From: the human T2T-CHM13v2.0 reference genome, Homo sapiens
DNA: 64,000 bases
Strand: one strand, 5' to 3'
Assembly: GCF_009914755.1 (NCBI RefSeq)
Contig: NC_060931.1
Part shown: positions 29,521-44,880 of the stretch, piece by piece
Layout: each line of letters begins with the position of its first letter
How positions within the stretch are numbered: position 1 is the first letter of the stretch
Program-made: the position numbers and the translations under genes
Notes under the pieces: generated by a model
What the model saw: the letters and a program-made list of their open reading frames with translations, nothing else
What the model was told of the DNA's origin: nothing
Databases searched by the model: none

Positions 29521-32500
29521 AGAAAGGATAGCAGGGGGTTGCCATCAGCGTTGAGGGTGTCTGTGAAGCCCACACTTTTTCCCACTGTGGGGATGGGCTC
29601 TGCGCATATGACATTCACCTATCTTCTGTCCAATGTGGATTCCTGGGAGAAATTCTGGAATACATTAGCACTGGAAATTCAGAAATAGGGTGGAGAGAAT
29701 CTGGTCAGTCTGAACGGAGGACCATGAACTTGAGGCTTCAGGGATGGTTGTATTTAACCAAAGAGGGTGTGGAGAGACTGCGGGGAGCAAAAGCCAGCCC
29801 GAGTTGCATTTCCTGCTCCCTGTTTCCGAATTTCACTTCTATCTGAAATCTGCACGTGTGTCCTTTCTTTGGGTTTGTGGAGATCACCCAATATCCTGCC
29901 CAAAATTCCATTTTTTCTTGCCCAAAGTCATGTCAGGTGGAATAGCCTTTTGCAACTGCAAGTCTTGGCTGAAACTCAGAAGCAGACAGGGCATGGAGCA
30001 CAAGAATAGGAGGGTGGAGTATCCTGGACAGTGAGCACCTGCTCAGAGCAGAGATTAAGTTTGAGAGGACTGCTCCTTTTCTCTCCACACCCCCAAGCAA
30101 GCAGTAGGTGCCTTTCCAAAGAACAGGTATTGCTCCGTGGTTTCCAGACCAGCTCCAGTGAGTAAGACGAAGCTTTGTTTATCATCACTTCCCCACCCAA
30201 ACCACACTCAAATAAGCAGTAAAAACCTCGAGACCTTAGTCATCAGTTGAGGTAAATTATAAACTTCTAAGAGTGTGGCTTCTCAGAGATACCACATTTT
30301 CCTCATATAATGAGCCTGCAGTTTGTGGCAAAGAATGACTTAAGAACAAGTGAACTCACTGTCTAAAAGGAGAATTTTTATCACTATCAATTGCTCTATG
30401 ACTGACAGGGCTGTTATTTCTTTTGGTAGCAGAAAGGGCTAAAGTACAGAGAGAAACCCTAGAAATAAACACGGCCTGCGTAATGGCAAGGTTTTGTGTT
30501 GCCAAAGTCAAAAGAGCGCGTTCCTGGGTAAGAATCCTTACCCATCTTGCCCCATTCACTGTGATTCTGTAGCATCCAAATCAGTTACAAAAGCAGCCAT
30601 GGCTGTGTTGGGCTGGGAGGCAACAGTGGTTGAAATACTGTCCTTGTGATAAAGGAGCTCAGAGTGGAAGAAGACGACACTGGCAAACAGAGCATGAAGA
30701 TTCCCCGTGAGAAGTCCTCCAGATGGAGGAAGTCACGAATCACTTCATGGACACGAGGACCAATGGATTCTGCCTGCACAGGTCACAGAAGACTTCCCAG
30801 AAGAGCGGACATTTGAGGCAGATGTTACAGGATGCATAGGAATTGCCAGGCACAGGATGGGGACAATGTTGTAGTCAGAGACTGCGTGGAGGCTGGAGAG
30901 GGCATGGTGGGCCCAGTTAGTCACTGGCAATGTGGCCTGGCTGGAAGGTGGGGTATGAGAGGGGGCTGGTGGGAGGGAAAGCCGAAGGACAGGATGGGAC
31001 TGGGTCACAGTGTGTTCTGGCTGGCATGGCGGGACCACAGAGGCGTCACCACATTTCTAAGTAGTGGTTGATATTCCAGATCTCAGATTTAGAAAATCAT
31101 TCTGGCAGAAACGTTAAAGATGTATTTGGAGGGTGCTGGCTGCCGGGAGATCCAGTAGCGGGTTGCTGCAGGAACCCAGGCGAGGTATCACAACATGACT
31201 TTGAGAGGTGGTCTGTACTTCTATCTGGTTTTGTAGAGCAAGGAGGAAGTTCAATAAGTTTCCATTTTTAAGTGTTTGCCCTGCTGTTAATTTTGTATTG
31301 TTACTAGTAAAATTGTTAGAGGCAGCAGCAGAAGGCACATTGCAGATGGCAGAGATATTTTTTCACAGCTTTTATGGTGGATAACAATATATGTGACATT
31401 TTCCTCATTAATGTGAGCTTTGCTGTATGATTAAACATGCTAGGCATCTGTGATCTAAAATTACAAATGTGAAGAGCAACAGCTCAAATGTTTCAGTCAA
31501 TAAATATACAGGAGACAGTCAACATGAAACAACTCCCCCCTATGCTCTCTTCCAGGAGGAGCTGCACTGACGGTGACAGCATTTTTGGCAATGGCTTGGC
31601 CTTCATCCTAAGGAAAGCAAGGGAACTGAAATCCCAGACTGCTAATTACACCCTGAGATTCCAACAGAAGAGAGTGGTTTCCATTAGGAAATCTCAATGC
31701 TAAGTGCCAACAGGGCTGGAGAGGGAATGGAGGCTTTACTGAGGAAATTAGGGAATTACTGAAGGGAGCCATGGAGGAGAAGAATTTCACTCCACCATTC
31801 AGACACAATGGAGAAGTGTGTAAGGTCAGTGGACACATCCAGTGACCAGTAGGCAGGACGCCTACATCTTTTTGCTGAGGGAAGTCTCCCCATTGCATGT
31901 GAGTGTGTGAGTGTGCGCACGTACTTGTGTGTGTGTGTTCTGTGCTCCCAGCTAAAGTAGAAGAAGATTCTTGAGAACTCGCCCTCTTCCCACATACTGA
32001 TCACAGAAGGTGAGAAGCTTTCCCTTTTCTTAACTATTCTGATCTGTTGGCAGAGGCACCTCGAGTCACCATCGAGAACGATTTTCATGCCTGAATCAGC
32101 TTAATGGCTGGGGATGCCAGGTTGCTCAGTGATGTCTGGCATGGGTACAGAATCAGGAGTGGATCAGGGCTTCCGTTCTGACCATATGGACACAGTCAGA
32201 AAATAGGGAAGTGCAGATTCCAAAAGAGTAAAGAGGATTCAAATCAGTAATGATAGAGAGTGGAAGAAGAAGTCCAGATAAAGAGATTCTGCCAAAGCCA
32301 TGGAATAAAAATGAGGCTTTTGCTCATGCCGGGTACATCTCCACATTCTGGAAAAAACATGGCATGGTGTGTGTAACGTCCAGTGATGAGGGACTGAGAG
32401 AACAATCTGGAGTTGCGGTGGTGGAGAGGAGCGGAGTGTGACATGGTGGTTGAGAGGAGAAAACCAGGGCTGATAGGATTAAGCAGTAGAATCAAGGCCA

Positions 32501-32659
32501 CAGGAATAAAATTGGAGCAAAGATATTCACAACTCCATTCACTCACAATTACAACCCTATAGCTGAGTCATGTTGATATGAGATTTTATCTCTTTTGGGG
32601 CATTAGAGCCAGGCTGCTGCTCAGAAATCCAAATTCTCCAGCATTGGCATCAAGGTGCC

Positions 32660-33008
32660 TGGGTTTGTTTGCTCTGGTCGCCATAACAAAGCACCACAGC
32701 TGGGGGACTTCAACCACAGAAATGTATTGTCCTGCAGTCCTGGAGGCTGGAAATCCAAGATCAAGGTGCAGGCAGGATTGGTTTCTCCTGAGGCCTCTCT
32801 CCTTGGCTTGCCTTCTGTCTGTGTCCTCGTATGGTCTTCCTTCTGAGTGTGTCTGTGTCCCAACCTCTCTCTTTATGAGGACACCAGTCAGATTGGGTTA
32901 AGGCCCACCCTAATGGCCTCATGTTACCATAATTCAATCACATTCTGAGGTCTTGGGGATTAGGACTCCAACATATGAATTTTGGGGGACACAATTTAGC
33001 CTTTAACA
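32660..33008 (-). mobile_element. MLT1A/B solo LTR
   Basis: ctggaggctggaaatccaagatcaaggtg...gaggacaccagtcagattgg...tttgggggacacaatttagcctttaaca. Confidence 0.8.
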
Positions 33009-34249
33009 GTGACCTCAAGACCCTGTGGGTGAACTGATGCCCCACCTCCCAGTGCTTATTCAGAATGCTCACACCGTCATGATCCATGATCATTCTTCCC
33101 TGCGCGGGAGATCAGAGCCTAGAACTGAGATCTCTGATAACGTCTCTCCATTGCTGGAAGAGTTCATTGGGCTGTGACTGACCCTCCAGACCTCTAGGAA
33201 TCAGCCAGCAGGTGACACATGTTGTCCTGACCTTCAGTGAATGCTGCCTGAAGGATGGGGGGTAGGAACAATAGAAGTCTCCCTTTCTCCCTCCACATAC
33301 ACTCAAAAATTGAGCATCTCAAAGGGAAGGGCCAGGCTATCCTCGACTGGGTGGGAGTTTAAGCCATCACAGCCATGTTCCTCCAACCTGACCTCGTTCT
33401 CTCCTACCTCACCCCAAATAATCCAGCAAGAGGTGAATCTAGGTGCTTCTCCTTGTGTCTGCTCATGCCTTGTAAGTAAGGGAAGAATGACAGTGACATG
33501 CTGCCATGCTTTCAGGCACATTTTTAATGGGTTCAAGTTTCCACTCATCAGTGGCTTCATCTTTATCCTGTGGCCAGCTCCCTGAGGTAGGGCTTAGCCT
33601 AGCCTGTGACCAAATGGGTCATCTTGAGTCTATCAGCTCCTGAGGTCTAAGCTGAAAACTTATATGTGAAGTCCCATTGGCTTTCAAGGGAGGCCGAACT
33701 TCTATGATCAAGTTAATCATTCGCTTTGCCTTGTTTCAGACCAGTGAGACCCCAAGAGGACAAGACGGTCAAGAGGTGGAATTTGCATACCAAAATCCAC
33801 CCTGAATCATCAACTGTTCTGTGGTGATTATTTTATAGGTTTTTGTGAAGATTAAATCAGATGGCATATGTCAGGTGCCTGGAATGTGCTGAAGCTGGCA
33901 CAAGATACATGTTCAAATTCCCTCCATCCCATCTAAGGACACGTACCTGTGGTGAACCATAGACCCTGGTCACAGCTTTGCTTAGGGACAGGTCTGTCCA
34001 GCACCAGGAGGTTCAAGCTCAGAGAAAGAGAAGGGAGTTGGCCTAGAAATCCCAGCAGTGATTGACAGGAGAGACCCCCTGGTGGGTGGGACTCCATCAC
34101 ATGTGCCAGTTTCCAGGTGTCTGTGGCAGAAGGCACAGAAGGAACCCACAGATGGGGTAAGAGTGCTGGCTCCCTCCCACCCTTGTTCATGTCTATCTAG
34201 GCTGTTCTCTGCACAGCAACCTGAGTGGGCCTGTTATGTGTAGCATGTC

Positions 34250-34800
34250 CCTTGTCCACTAAAAACTCTCTGATGATTTCCCTTTATCCTGAGTGGAAAC
34301 CAAAGTCTTTACAATGGCTCGTAAGTCTCTCCTTGATCTTACACCCCTTGATCTCTCTGACTCCATCTCCTATCCCTCTCTGCATTGCTATGCCTGCATA
34401 TGCCAGGTAGGTGCCCACAACTTGGCCTCTACATGTACTCTTTCCTCATCCTCTAACTTCCCACATGGATGATGGCATGGTCACCCCCTTCCTGCCCTGG
34501 TCTCCACTCAGATGCCACCTTCTCAGTAGCCCTCCCTCGCCATTTTCTGCTTTATTATTTTTTTTTATCATGGCACTTATCCTCAGCTAACCTGGAATCA
34601 TCAACTGTATAGAGCTAACACACTCTATATATTACTCATATATCTCTTGCTCATTTTGTTTCTGTGATTTCTTCTGCCTTGAAAATAAACTCCATGAGGG
34701 TAGGAATATTTGACCTTTTGTCTACTTTTAGTGCTGTATCCCCAGTAGTCCTGGCACATAGTCAGCAAACAAAAATTGAATGAATGAAATAAATGAATGT
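34250..34800 (+). mobile_element. L2 3' region
   Basis: aaactccatgagggtagg...gctgtatcccagtagtcctggcacatag...tgaatgaatgaa. Confidence 0.7.
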
Positions 34801-35789
34801 CCTGAGAAGAGAGAGGCTACCATCCCCAACCTGCCCTATTAGCCCGTCCAGCTGCAGATGGAAAGACCTCAAGTCTAACTGCAGCCAAGCTCATTGCAAC
34901 CAAGTAGGTGCAGGTTATACAAGCCCCATACCTGTGCTAAATGGTCTGTATGACAGCAGGAAGCAGAACCCGGGCAAAAGTAACAGGAGCTATTTACTGG
35001 AAAACTGTAAAAGTAATCATCATATGAATGAGGTATCAGGAAACTAACAATTCAATGTATGCTCATGGACCAGGGTTGGGAATAAATGAAAGAAATAGAA
35101 GGCCTGCCAGAGATCCCCGAGCACACGTTTAAAAGAAAGAAACTGCAAAATTGAATGTGGTGATATCATAGAAGTAAGACCATAAAAGACTATAAAAACA
35201 TAACCTCACTGTGGGTTATAAGATTCTTGGACATCATTAAAAAGAACCATGAAAATGGAGCTACTTGGTAGGGATCCAGTTGGAATAAGAACTAAAGTGG
35301 TCTCCCTCTGCCTCGATGTCTGTGACCAGAGGCGGTCTCTCTGAATGGAGTATGTGCAGCGGATGTGAGTGAGTGCGTGTGAAGAAAATTTCCCAACAGC
35401 TCATTCAGTGCACGGGGAAGACAGTTCCATGAAGGCAAGGCCTGAGTGTCTCTTTTGACTGCTTTGTTCCCATTGTCGGCTCAAAGCCGGACGTGTCACT
35501 GACGCTTAGTCAATGTTTATAGAATGAGTTCATACTGAAAATCAGACTTCATTGCCATCGGTGCCTTCTTTCCTGAGCTGTTTCTCAAGGGCTCCAATAT
35601 GGAGAATTCTTCCTGGCTCCTTTGACATTCTAAGAAGTACGTGTGTGTGCCTGTGTGTGTGCACATGCAAGAGTCTGGAGTTCATTTTAGGGCCAAGAGC
35701 CTGGTGTCCAAGCATCTAGGTTGGTCTCTTGGCTGGTTGGTTGTACTTTGCCTCCACAGCCAGCTTTTGTCAGTGAGAGAAAAATGGCA

Positions 35790-35995
35790 CAGGAGCCAAG
35801 AGTTAGGTTCAAATTTCAGTTCAGCGGGGTCCTCTCTGTGTGACCTCAGACAAGTTACTGCATTTCTCTGGGACTCCATTTCCTTACCCATAATGGAGAA
35901 GTGAGGGTTCTTCTCTCGTAGGGCTGAGCTTGGGATTGAGTGAGGCAATCCAGGTAAAGTACTTAGGCATGTGCTTGGCACTTGAGAAGTGCTCG
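35790..35995 (+). mobile_element. MIR
   Basis: ggttcaaatttcag...ctgtgtgacctcagacaagttac...aaagtacttaggcatgtgcttggcac. Confidence 0.65.
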
Positions 35996-37899
35996 CTAAG
36001 GGGTTCATTCTTATGTTCCCTGTGAAGAAGGCAAAGGAGAGGTTATATAAGATGAGTCCACTAGCTCCTCTGTGCAGGCAGAGCAGAGAAGGAAGAGATG
36101 AGACTTGTCTTACAGGTGGAACTTGGAGTGGGTCAGGATTTGATGTCTTCTGGGAACAGGAAGACCGTATGAAGTTACTTCCAAACACATCAGACACTAA
36201 AGGAATGAGCCAAGACCAAGTCTATCAGAGACAGCCCGCTTTCAAATAGGGAAGGATGGGTAAGTTGAAGGAGCCCGACATACGCACCAGGGTCTAGGTG
36301 ATAAGAGTTCAGAGTTCAGGTGGAAATAGAGCCAAGAAGCAGCCAGTTTTAGAACGGAAGGGAGGTGGGTGGAGGGGCTGGGCCTGAGCTGTTGCCTCGA
36401 ATGCCGTCACCTACTGGCTCCTGGCGGGCTTGTGCTTGAGTCAGAATTACTTAAAAGGTCAGGGACAGGGCACACAATAAAATAAAACAGCAAGGCAGCC
36501 CAAGGAACTCTCTGGTGAGCTCAGATTTAAATAGCACATGAATAAAACGGAGAGAAATGGCATCATATTCTCTGGGGAATAGGAGAGGCATGTGAGTTTA
36601 TGACAATAGCACTAGGAAGACTAAGGCCTGATGTGTACTGGGGTTACAGAAACTCCTAAGGCAACAAAAAGAGCTAGGAGAGAAGAACAAGGATGAAGCA
36701 GGTCTGTGGCTTGTGGCCTGTAGGGCAATCAGGACAGATGGCGAAAATGACACACACACAAAAACCAGATGACAACAACAACAACAACAAATAAGACAAC
36801 TCTTTCGCCGTAAGTCAAGCAGAACATTCCAGCACCATGGTGTGGGGAAGATGAATCCCATGGAAGAACGAGCAGGTCAGGGAGAACCTTCCTCCAAAGC
36901 AGCTGCTCTCAGGATGCATCCTTGTGATGAGTTTTGTGGGACCTGCATGGAATTGCAAGTTTAAAGTGGAAACCAAATATTTTAAAATCCACATGTTTCT
37001 TCTTTTAAAACAAAAACAAAAGAACCCTGGCATTTCTGGTGTTTCTTGCAAAGTTAGGCAATTTGGCAATGTTGGGCACTTCTTCCTGGATGGCAAAATC
37101 GGATGGGTGCCGCTAACTTTCAATGGGTGTCACCAGTTCCTCACTGTCTCCCTCCCACCCACCACCCATGCTTGGGTCCTATAGACATCTGAGTTTGGGA
37201 TCCCTGATATAAGTGCTCTAAATCCATCCAAGTCTCCTGACATAATCCCCAGGGACTGAGAGACCTTGAAATTGACAACATTGAACTTCTGTGGATGATC
37301 TGGAAGGAATCCTAGAGAACCTAAGTGGTGCTATGAAACTGAAAATGAACAGTATCATTGCAATTCTCAAAAACAACAAAGAGAGAGAGATTCTATGGAG
37401 AAGATGGAGAGATGCTCTGAGCAGAAATATGATCAGGTAGATTTTTAGGTTTCAGCACCAAAGGATAATCCTGGAATGAAGTTTCTAGGACTATGGCAAG
37501 GGCTATATCCGCAAACCTGACCTTCTTTTCACCTTTTCCCCCAATGATTTGGAGAAAGATAAGGAAGTTACAAATATCAAAAAATGTATGTAACACAAAC
37601 CTGAAAAGAATCATTCAAAGTGAACAACTGTTATTGGGCTACAGTCCCCACCCCACTGTCCTTGTGCAGGCTGGCATGGGTGGGATTATAGAACAGCACA
37701 TGAGCATAAAAATAGAGTTAGGGTTTAGATCACAGCAGGTAAGCAAGATTTAATCATGTGGTTGCCAAAATGGCCAATCTGATCTTCAGCTGCTTGATTA
37801 AAATTGTAATACCTAGAATGAGGAAAAAATTTCCAGTCTACTGGGGACATATGTCAACCACAGCACAGGTGTTCATTTCAAACAGTTCCTTTCTGCTTT

Positions 37900-38360
37900 T
37901 TATCCCAACTTTTTATTATAACAAATTTCAAACATATAGAAAAGTTGAAATTATACTACAATGAACACTTGTATGTTTACCACATAGAAACAACAGTTTT
38001 TAACAATTTGCCGTATTTGCTTTATTCATTCATATGTGTGTATGTTAGAATATATGTATATATCTGTATATGTTTGTGTATGTGTGCATGTGTGTAAGAA
38101 TATGCACTGTATGTGTATGTGTGTATATGTATATGTGTACATTTTTTCAGAGCAATTTAAAAGTAAATTGTAGATATCAAGGTACTCTATCCTCAAACAC
38201 TTTTAGCCTACATCATCCAGGAACAAGGACACCTCTTATATAATCACCATCCTACCACCATGAGCAAGAAGATTGACAATAATTCCTAAATATAATCGAA
38301 CATTCGGTTCATATGAAAATTTTCCCAGTTGTCTCTAAAATGTCTTTTATAGCTATTTGA
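37900..38360 (-). mobile_element. L1MC/ME 3' region with embedded TG/TA-rich tract
   Basis: tttattataacaaatttcaaacatatagaaaagttgaaa...gaacaaggacacctcttatataatcac. Confidence 0.7.
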
Positions 38361-38632
38361 GTCAGTTCTTCAATAAGTGAACTAAATCTACTTTCTGGTT
38401 TTTTTTCTTTCTTTCTTTCTTTCTTACTACTCACTCTGGCAATGAATTGAGTAGATCATGGTACAATTCACTGAGAATGGCAGTGTAGGGTGAAGAGCAA
38501 GTTTTGAGAAGGAAAACAAGTTCCATCCTATGAATTCTGAACGTAGGTCTGGAGCTTAGCAGAGAAGTCAGGACTAATGGTACATATTTGGGAGCTGTCA
38601 GACCAGAGGCAGTAGCTAAAATGTTAGGAGTG

Positions 38633-38935
38633 GGCCGGGTGCAGTGGCTCACACCTGTAATATCAGCACTTTGGGAGGCTGAGGTAGGTGGATCACCTGA
38701 GGTCAGGAGTTTGAGACCAGCCTGGCCAACATGGTGAAACCCCGTCTCTACTAAAAATACAAAAATTAGGTGGGCGTGTCGGCTTGTGCCTATAATCCCA
38801 GCTACTCCGGAGGCTGAGGCAGGAGAATCAGTTTAATTCAGGAGGCAGAGGTTGCAGTGAACCGAGATGGCACCACTGCACTCCAGCCTGAACCACAGAG
38901 TGAGACTTTGTCTCAAAAATAAACAAAATAAAGTA
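38633..38935 (+). mobile_element. AluSx-like, inserted in an L2 remnant
   Basis: ggccgggtgcagtggctc...; TSD aaaatgt(t/c)aggagtg. Confidence 0.95.
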
Positions 38936-40133
38936 AAATGTCAGGAGTGCAGGAGATCGTCTAGGGACACTGTTGTCACCATCATCATCATTACCATCTA
39001 TTGACTTCACAACCTGCCTGGCATTGTACTAAGCACTTATTATCAATAGTTCATTTTCTTACCACAGTCTTCTGTGATAGGTATGATTACCTTCATTTTT
39101 GTGGGAAGGACGCAGTCTCAGAGTGGCTTTGTAACTTGCCCAAGTGATCGTGGCTACTGCATCTGGGAGCTGAGCCGCCCCTCTGTCTGGTGGCACAGTC
39201 CCTGCGTGCGCTACTGTCCGGCCTGGAAAGGAGACCCAGAGATGCTTGAGCGTGGAGAGGAGGGATTTACCACAGGATCCTGGGAAGAAAAGGCCAGAGA
39301 AAACCAGAAAGAAAGGATATTGGGGAAACCAAGGGAAGAAGTCTCGAGAAAGAGGCTGTGGCGCATATTCACTCATTCCTGGATTCACTCAACAGATATT
39401 TTGGGACCTACAGTTTCAGGCACTGTGACTGGCCCAAGAGTAGGGTGATGAGTAAGACAGGCAGTCTTGCTGTGGAGAGGAGGGGTGCGTGAGCTGTTGC
39501 CGAAAGGCCGGTGTGGGAATCCCAGGAGGACAATTCCTGTGGGGACGTGTGGAGGCTGCTAGTGGCTCCTGACCAGCAGTTCCAGAGAAACAGTGGGCAG
39601 AGGAAAGGATAGGAGGCAAAGTCAGCCCCTAAAGATGGGAACTTCTGGAGGTGTGGCTGAGAAGGGAAGGAGAGATACAGTTGGTAGATGGGGAATTGGA
39701 AGTCAAAGGGTTGTTTTGTTTTCCAAAGAATGGGAGAGACTTCAGAGGGTTTCTCATTATAAAAAGGGAAGAGAGTAGGCAGGAAAAGGTTAAATATAAA
39801 GGCAAACCAAGGAATAACAGAGGGACAGCAGGAGAGATGTATAGCAAAGGCAGGGCTGCGGGTCCCAGTGGACAGGGCAGTGTACCTGTTTCTCTGAAAC
39901 TGATGGGGAAGGGAGAGAAAGAAGGGCTTGCATTAGACTGTTGAAACAGGGGCCAGGGGAAGGTCAGTGCCTTTGTTTTCTTGGTAAGCAGAATGTGCGT
40001 AGCGAAGTGGAGTGAAAATAATCAAGTCGTGGTGAGAACAACCGTGATGGTTATCATCAGATTAACAATAATAGGCTGAACTCTTTGAACTTGCTGGGGT
40101 CTGATGATGTGACACCTATAAGAATGGTTTCTG

Positions 40134-40523
<390 letters not shown>

Positions 40524-40658
40524 TTAGATATGGCCTCAAAGTACCGACCGGGGAGCCACCTAAGGCACTGCCTCCAACCCCTCTCCTGAGCCCACACACC
40601 CTGCCCTGCTCCTCATGTGACAGTCCCCATCTTCTCCAGGTCCTACAGATATGTACAC

Positions 40659-41055
40659 TTTTTTTTTTAATGAAAGTTCTCACAAATTTATTAATGAACC
40701 CATCTGACTAGTGCAGAACATATAAACAAAGAGAAAAAAATATATTCCCAGTAAAACATGTCCAAGTGTCCAGATAATGGTGACATTTTCAGCTTGACAT
40801 GGCAATGATGACCTTGATGCAGCATAAATATGTGTGCCATCTCATGTGCAATTCCTTACAGACCCAGCTTGGTTCTTCTCCAATGTCTCCTCTTGGAGTT
40901 GCACCTGACTTATCACCAGTTTTCATCTGAATCCATTGGGGAATGGGACAATTTTGCTTTTGTTTCTTGGCCAGGAATCGCTTGACCCTGGAAGTCTTGT
41001 GAGAAGAAATGGGGAGAAATGGAGTCACCCACCCACACCATGATGGCGGAGAAAG
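40659..41055 (-). pseudogene. RPL39: full-length processed pseudogene of 60S ribosomal protein L39 (symbol given is the parent gene)
   Basis: minus strand translates [33 protein letters not shown], then after a 1-nt deletion ..[14 protein letters not shown] (CDS remnant 40856-41010, 155 nt vs 156). ATG mutated to ATT; 5' pyrimidine tract ctttctccgccatc; intronless; AATAAA and poly(A) at 40659-40668; degenerate TSD cagat..atg..cactttt. Confidence 0.96.
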
Positions 41056-42327
41056 CCAGATCATGCACTTTTAAGATTCTCTGGGGCCTGACTCTGAACT
41101 CCAGTTAGCTGGGCATCCAGACAGCTTTGTGGAAAGGAGAGTGTTCTCAATGGGCCTGCAGGGCTTTTCCCAGGTAGGATGCTGCAGTGTGAGGAACGAT
41201 GTGAGCATGGTCAGAAGCAAGAAGGCAAGTGAATCTGTTTGGCTGGTGAAAGCTAAGCTGCCTCCAATGACCTTGAATTTCAACAAAGGGACGTAGGCTT
41301 TTTTCTGTGGGTACAGGATGCCTGGAAACTTTGGAGAACTTGAGAAACAGTGTGGGCTTGTGAGAGCAGATCTCTGTAAGCCAGGGTGTCTGGGGAGGCT
41401 GTGGGAAGTGCGCAAGGGAAGAGAAGACAGCCCTGGTTGTGAGTGCTTGGTAGAAGGGGGACAAAGTTCCCTGTTTGTCTTATCTGCTGCTTAATGGAAA
41501 CTCCAGAATTCTCTCTGCCCATTTGCTCTGGGGGAGCTCATGGCTCCCCTCCCCAGCCTGGGAGACCAGGTATCACTCACCCCATTGCTGAATTCTCACT
41601 GGACTTCTTCCCTCCAAACCAGCAGTGGCTTCTGCCAGGGGACATGTTGAAGGAAGGAAAGGACAGCTTTGCCTCCTCTCTGTCCCCACCTTTGGCCAAG
41701 CTTCTCTAGGACAATGGTCCTTCATATTTTTTACCCTCAAAATGAATTTTGAGAAACTATTTATCTTTTGTGTGTGTTTTTAAGTCAACATCTAAAATTT
41801 TTTGATAAGTTTAAGCAGTGGCAAAGGATGCCTTTTATACTAATATGTGAACATGGACATTTTAAATAAAAATAATTATATTTCTCCTTTAAAATGTAAC
41901 AGTGGTGATATGATTTGGATATTTGTCTCAGCCAAATCTCATGTTGAGATGTAATCCCCAGTGTTGGAGGTGGGGCCTGGTGGGAGGTGACTGGATCATG
42001 ATGGTGGATTTCTCAAAAATAGTTTAGCACCATCCCCTTGGCGCTCTCCTCGTGATACTGATTTCTCACACGATCTGGTTGTTTAAAAGTGTGTGGCATC
42101 TTCCCCATCGTTCTCCCTTGCTCCCGCTCCTGCCGTGTGAGATGCCTGCTCCCCCTTTACCTTCTGGCATGATTGGGAGCTTCCTGAAGCCTTCCCAGAA
42201 GCTGAGCAGATGCCCGTGCCATGCTTCCTGTACAGCCTGCAGAAGCAGGAGCCAAATAAACCTTTTTTCTTTACAAATTACCCAGCCTCTGGTATTTCTT
42301 TATAGCAATTCAAGAACAGCCTATGAT

Positions 42328-43720
<1,393 letters not shown>

Positions 43721-43844
43721 CAGCCTACACACAAATGGAATACAAATACCCAAATAATTTTATACCCACCATTATCTATTACAAAAACAAACAAACATAG
43801 CAAGTTCATCTTTAATGTTGGGTATGTGTATAATAGAAATTTAA

Positions 43845-44027
43845 TGGGGTGGGGGGAGGGGGGAGGGATAGCATTAGGAGATATACCTAATGCTAAATGA
43901 CGAGTTAATGGGTGCAGCACACCAGCATGGCACATGTATACATATGTAACTAACCTGCACATTGTGCACATGTACCCTGAAACTTAAAAGTATAATAATA
44001 ATAAAAAATAAATAAAATAAAATAAAA
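43845..44027 (+). mobile_element. young L1PA (L1PA3-like) extreme 3' end
   Basis: ggagatatacctaatgctaaatgacgagttaatgggtgcagcacaccagcatggcac; TSD agaaatttaa at 43835-43844 and 44028-44037. Confidence 0.92.
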
Positions 44028-44589
44028 AGAAATTTAAAAAAATTTTGGTGACCATAAATGTTTAAAAAATTTTTCTTTTGAATTGAGTTATACATACAGT
44101 TAGTATTAGTACACAACTGGTCAAATTAATGGACATTTTAAATGTTGATCAATAGTTATTAGATACAAAGGTTAACTTTTATCTCAAAGCCCTTGTTTTG
44201 GGTGGATTCAAAGACTTTTGGTGTCTTGATCAAAGCAGGATTTCTGCCACCAGAATTCTGGATTGCCCCTTACTTGGTGTTCTGGAGGATTTGACACCTT
44301 GGGGTATGCAATTCTCAATTTTTAAGGTGGGAGAATGTCATTGTGAGAGGATGGGGGCAATGGATGTGGGCCAAGGGCTTTGACTTTAGACTCATTCTCA
44401 GGAAGATCAGTGTCAGGAGGGCTTCAGAATTTGTAGTGAATGCCCTTCAGTTGGTTGCCCAAGGGTCTTTGGTGAGTATTCCATAGCCTCAGGTGCACTT
44501 AGCCAAAGAGAAGGGGAAGATGGACTGTGGGTGACAACAAAAACGATGATTATTTTGGGATTAATAAAAACAGGCTGACAAAGTTCAGT

Positions 44590-44880
44590 TAATGAATACA
44601 AAGTTATAGCTAGACAGGAGAAATCAGTTCTAGTGTTGTATAGCACTGTAGGATGACTGTGACTAACAACAATTTACTGAATATTTTTAAGTAGCTAAAA
44701 GAGCAGATTTTCTGTTTTCAACACAAGGAAATGATAAGTGCTTGAGGTGTTGGATATGTTAATTACCCTCATTTGATCATTATGCATCGTATACACATGT
44801 CAAAATATCACATTGTACAATGCAAATATGTACAATTATAATATGCTGACTACAAATAATAATAAAAGCAAAAAAAGAAT
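44590..44880 (+). mobile_element. L1MA 3' end
   Basis: atacaaagttatagctagacaggagaaatcagttctagtgttgtatagcactgtagg. Confidence 0.75.
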
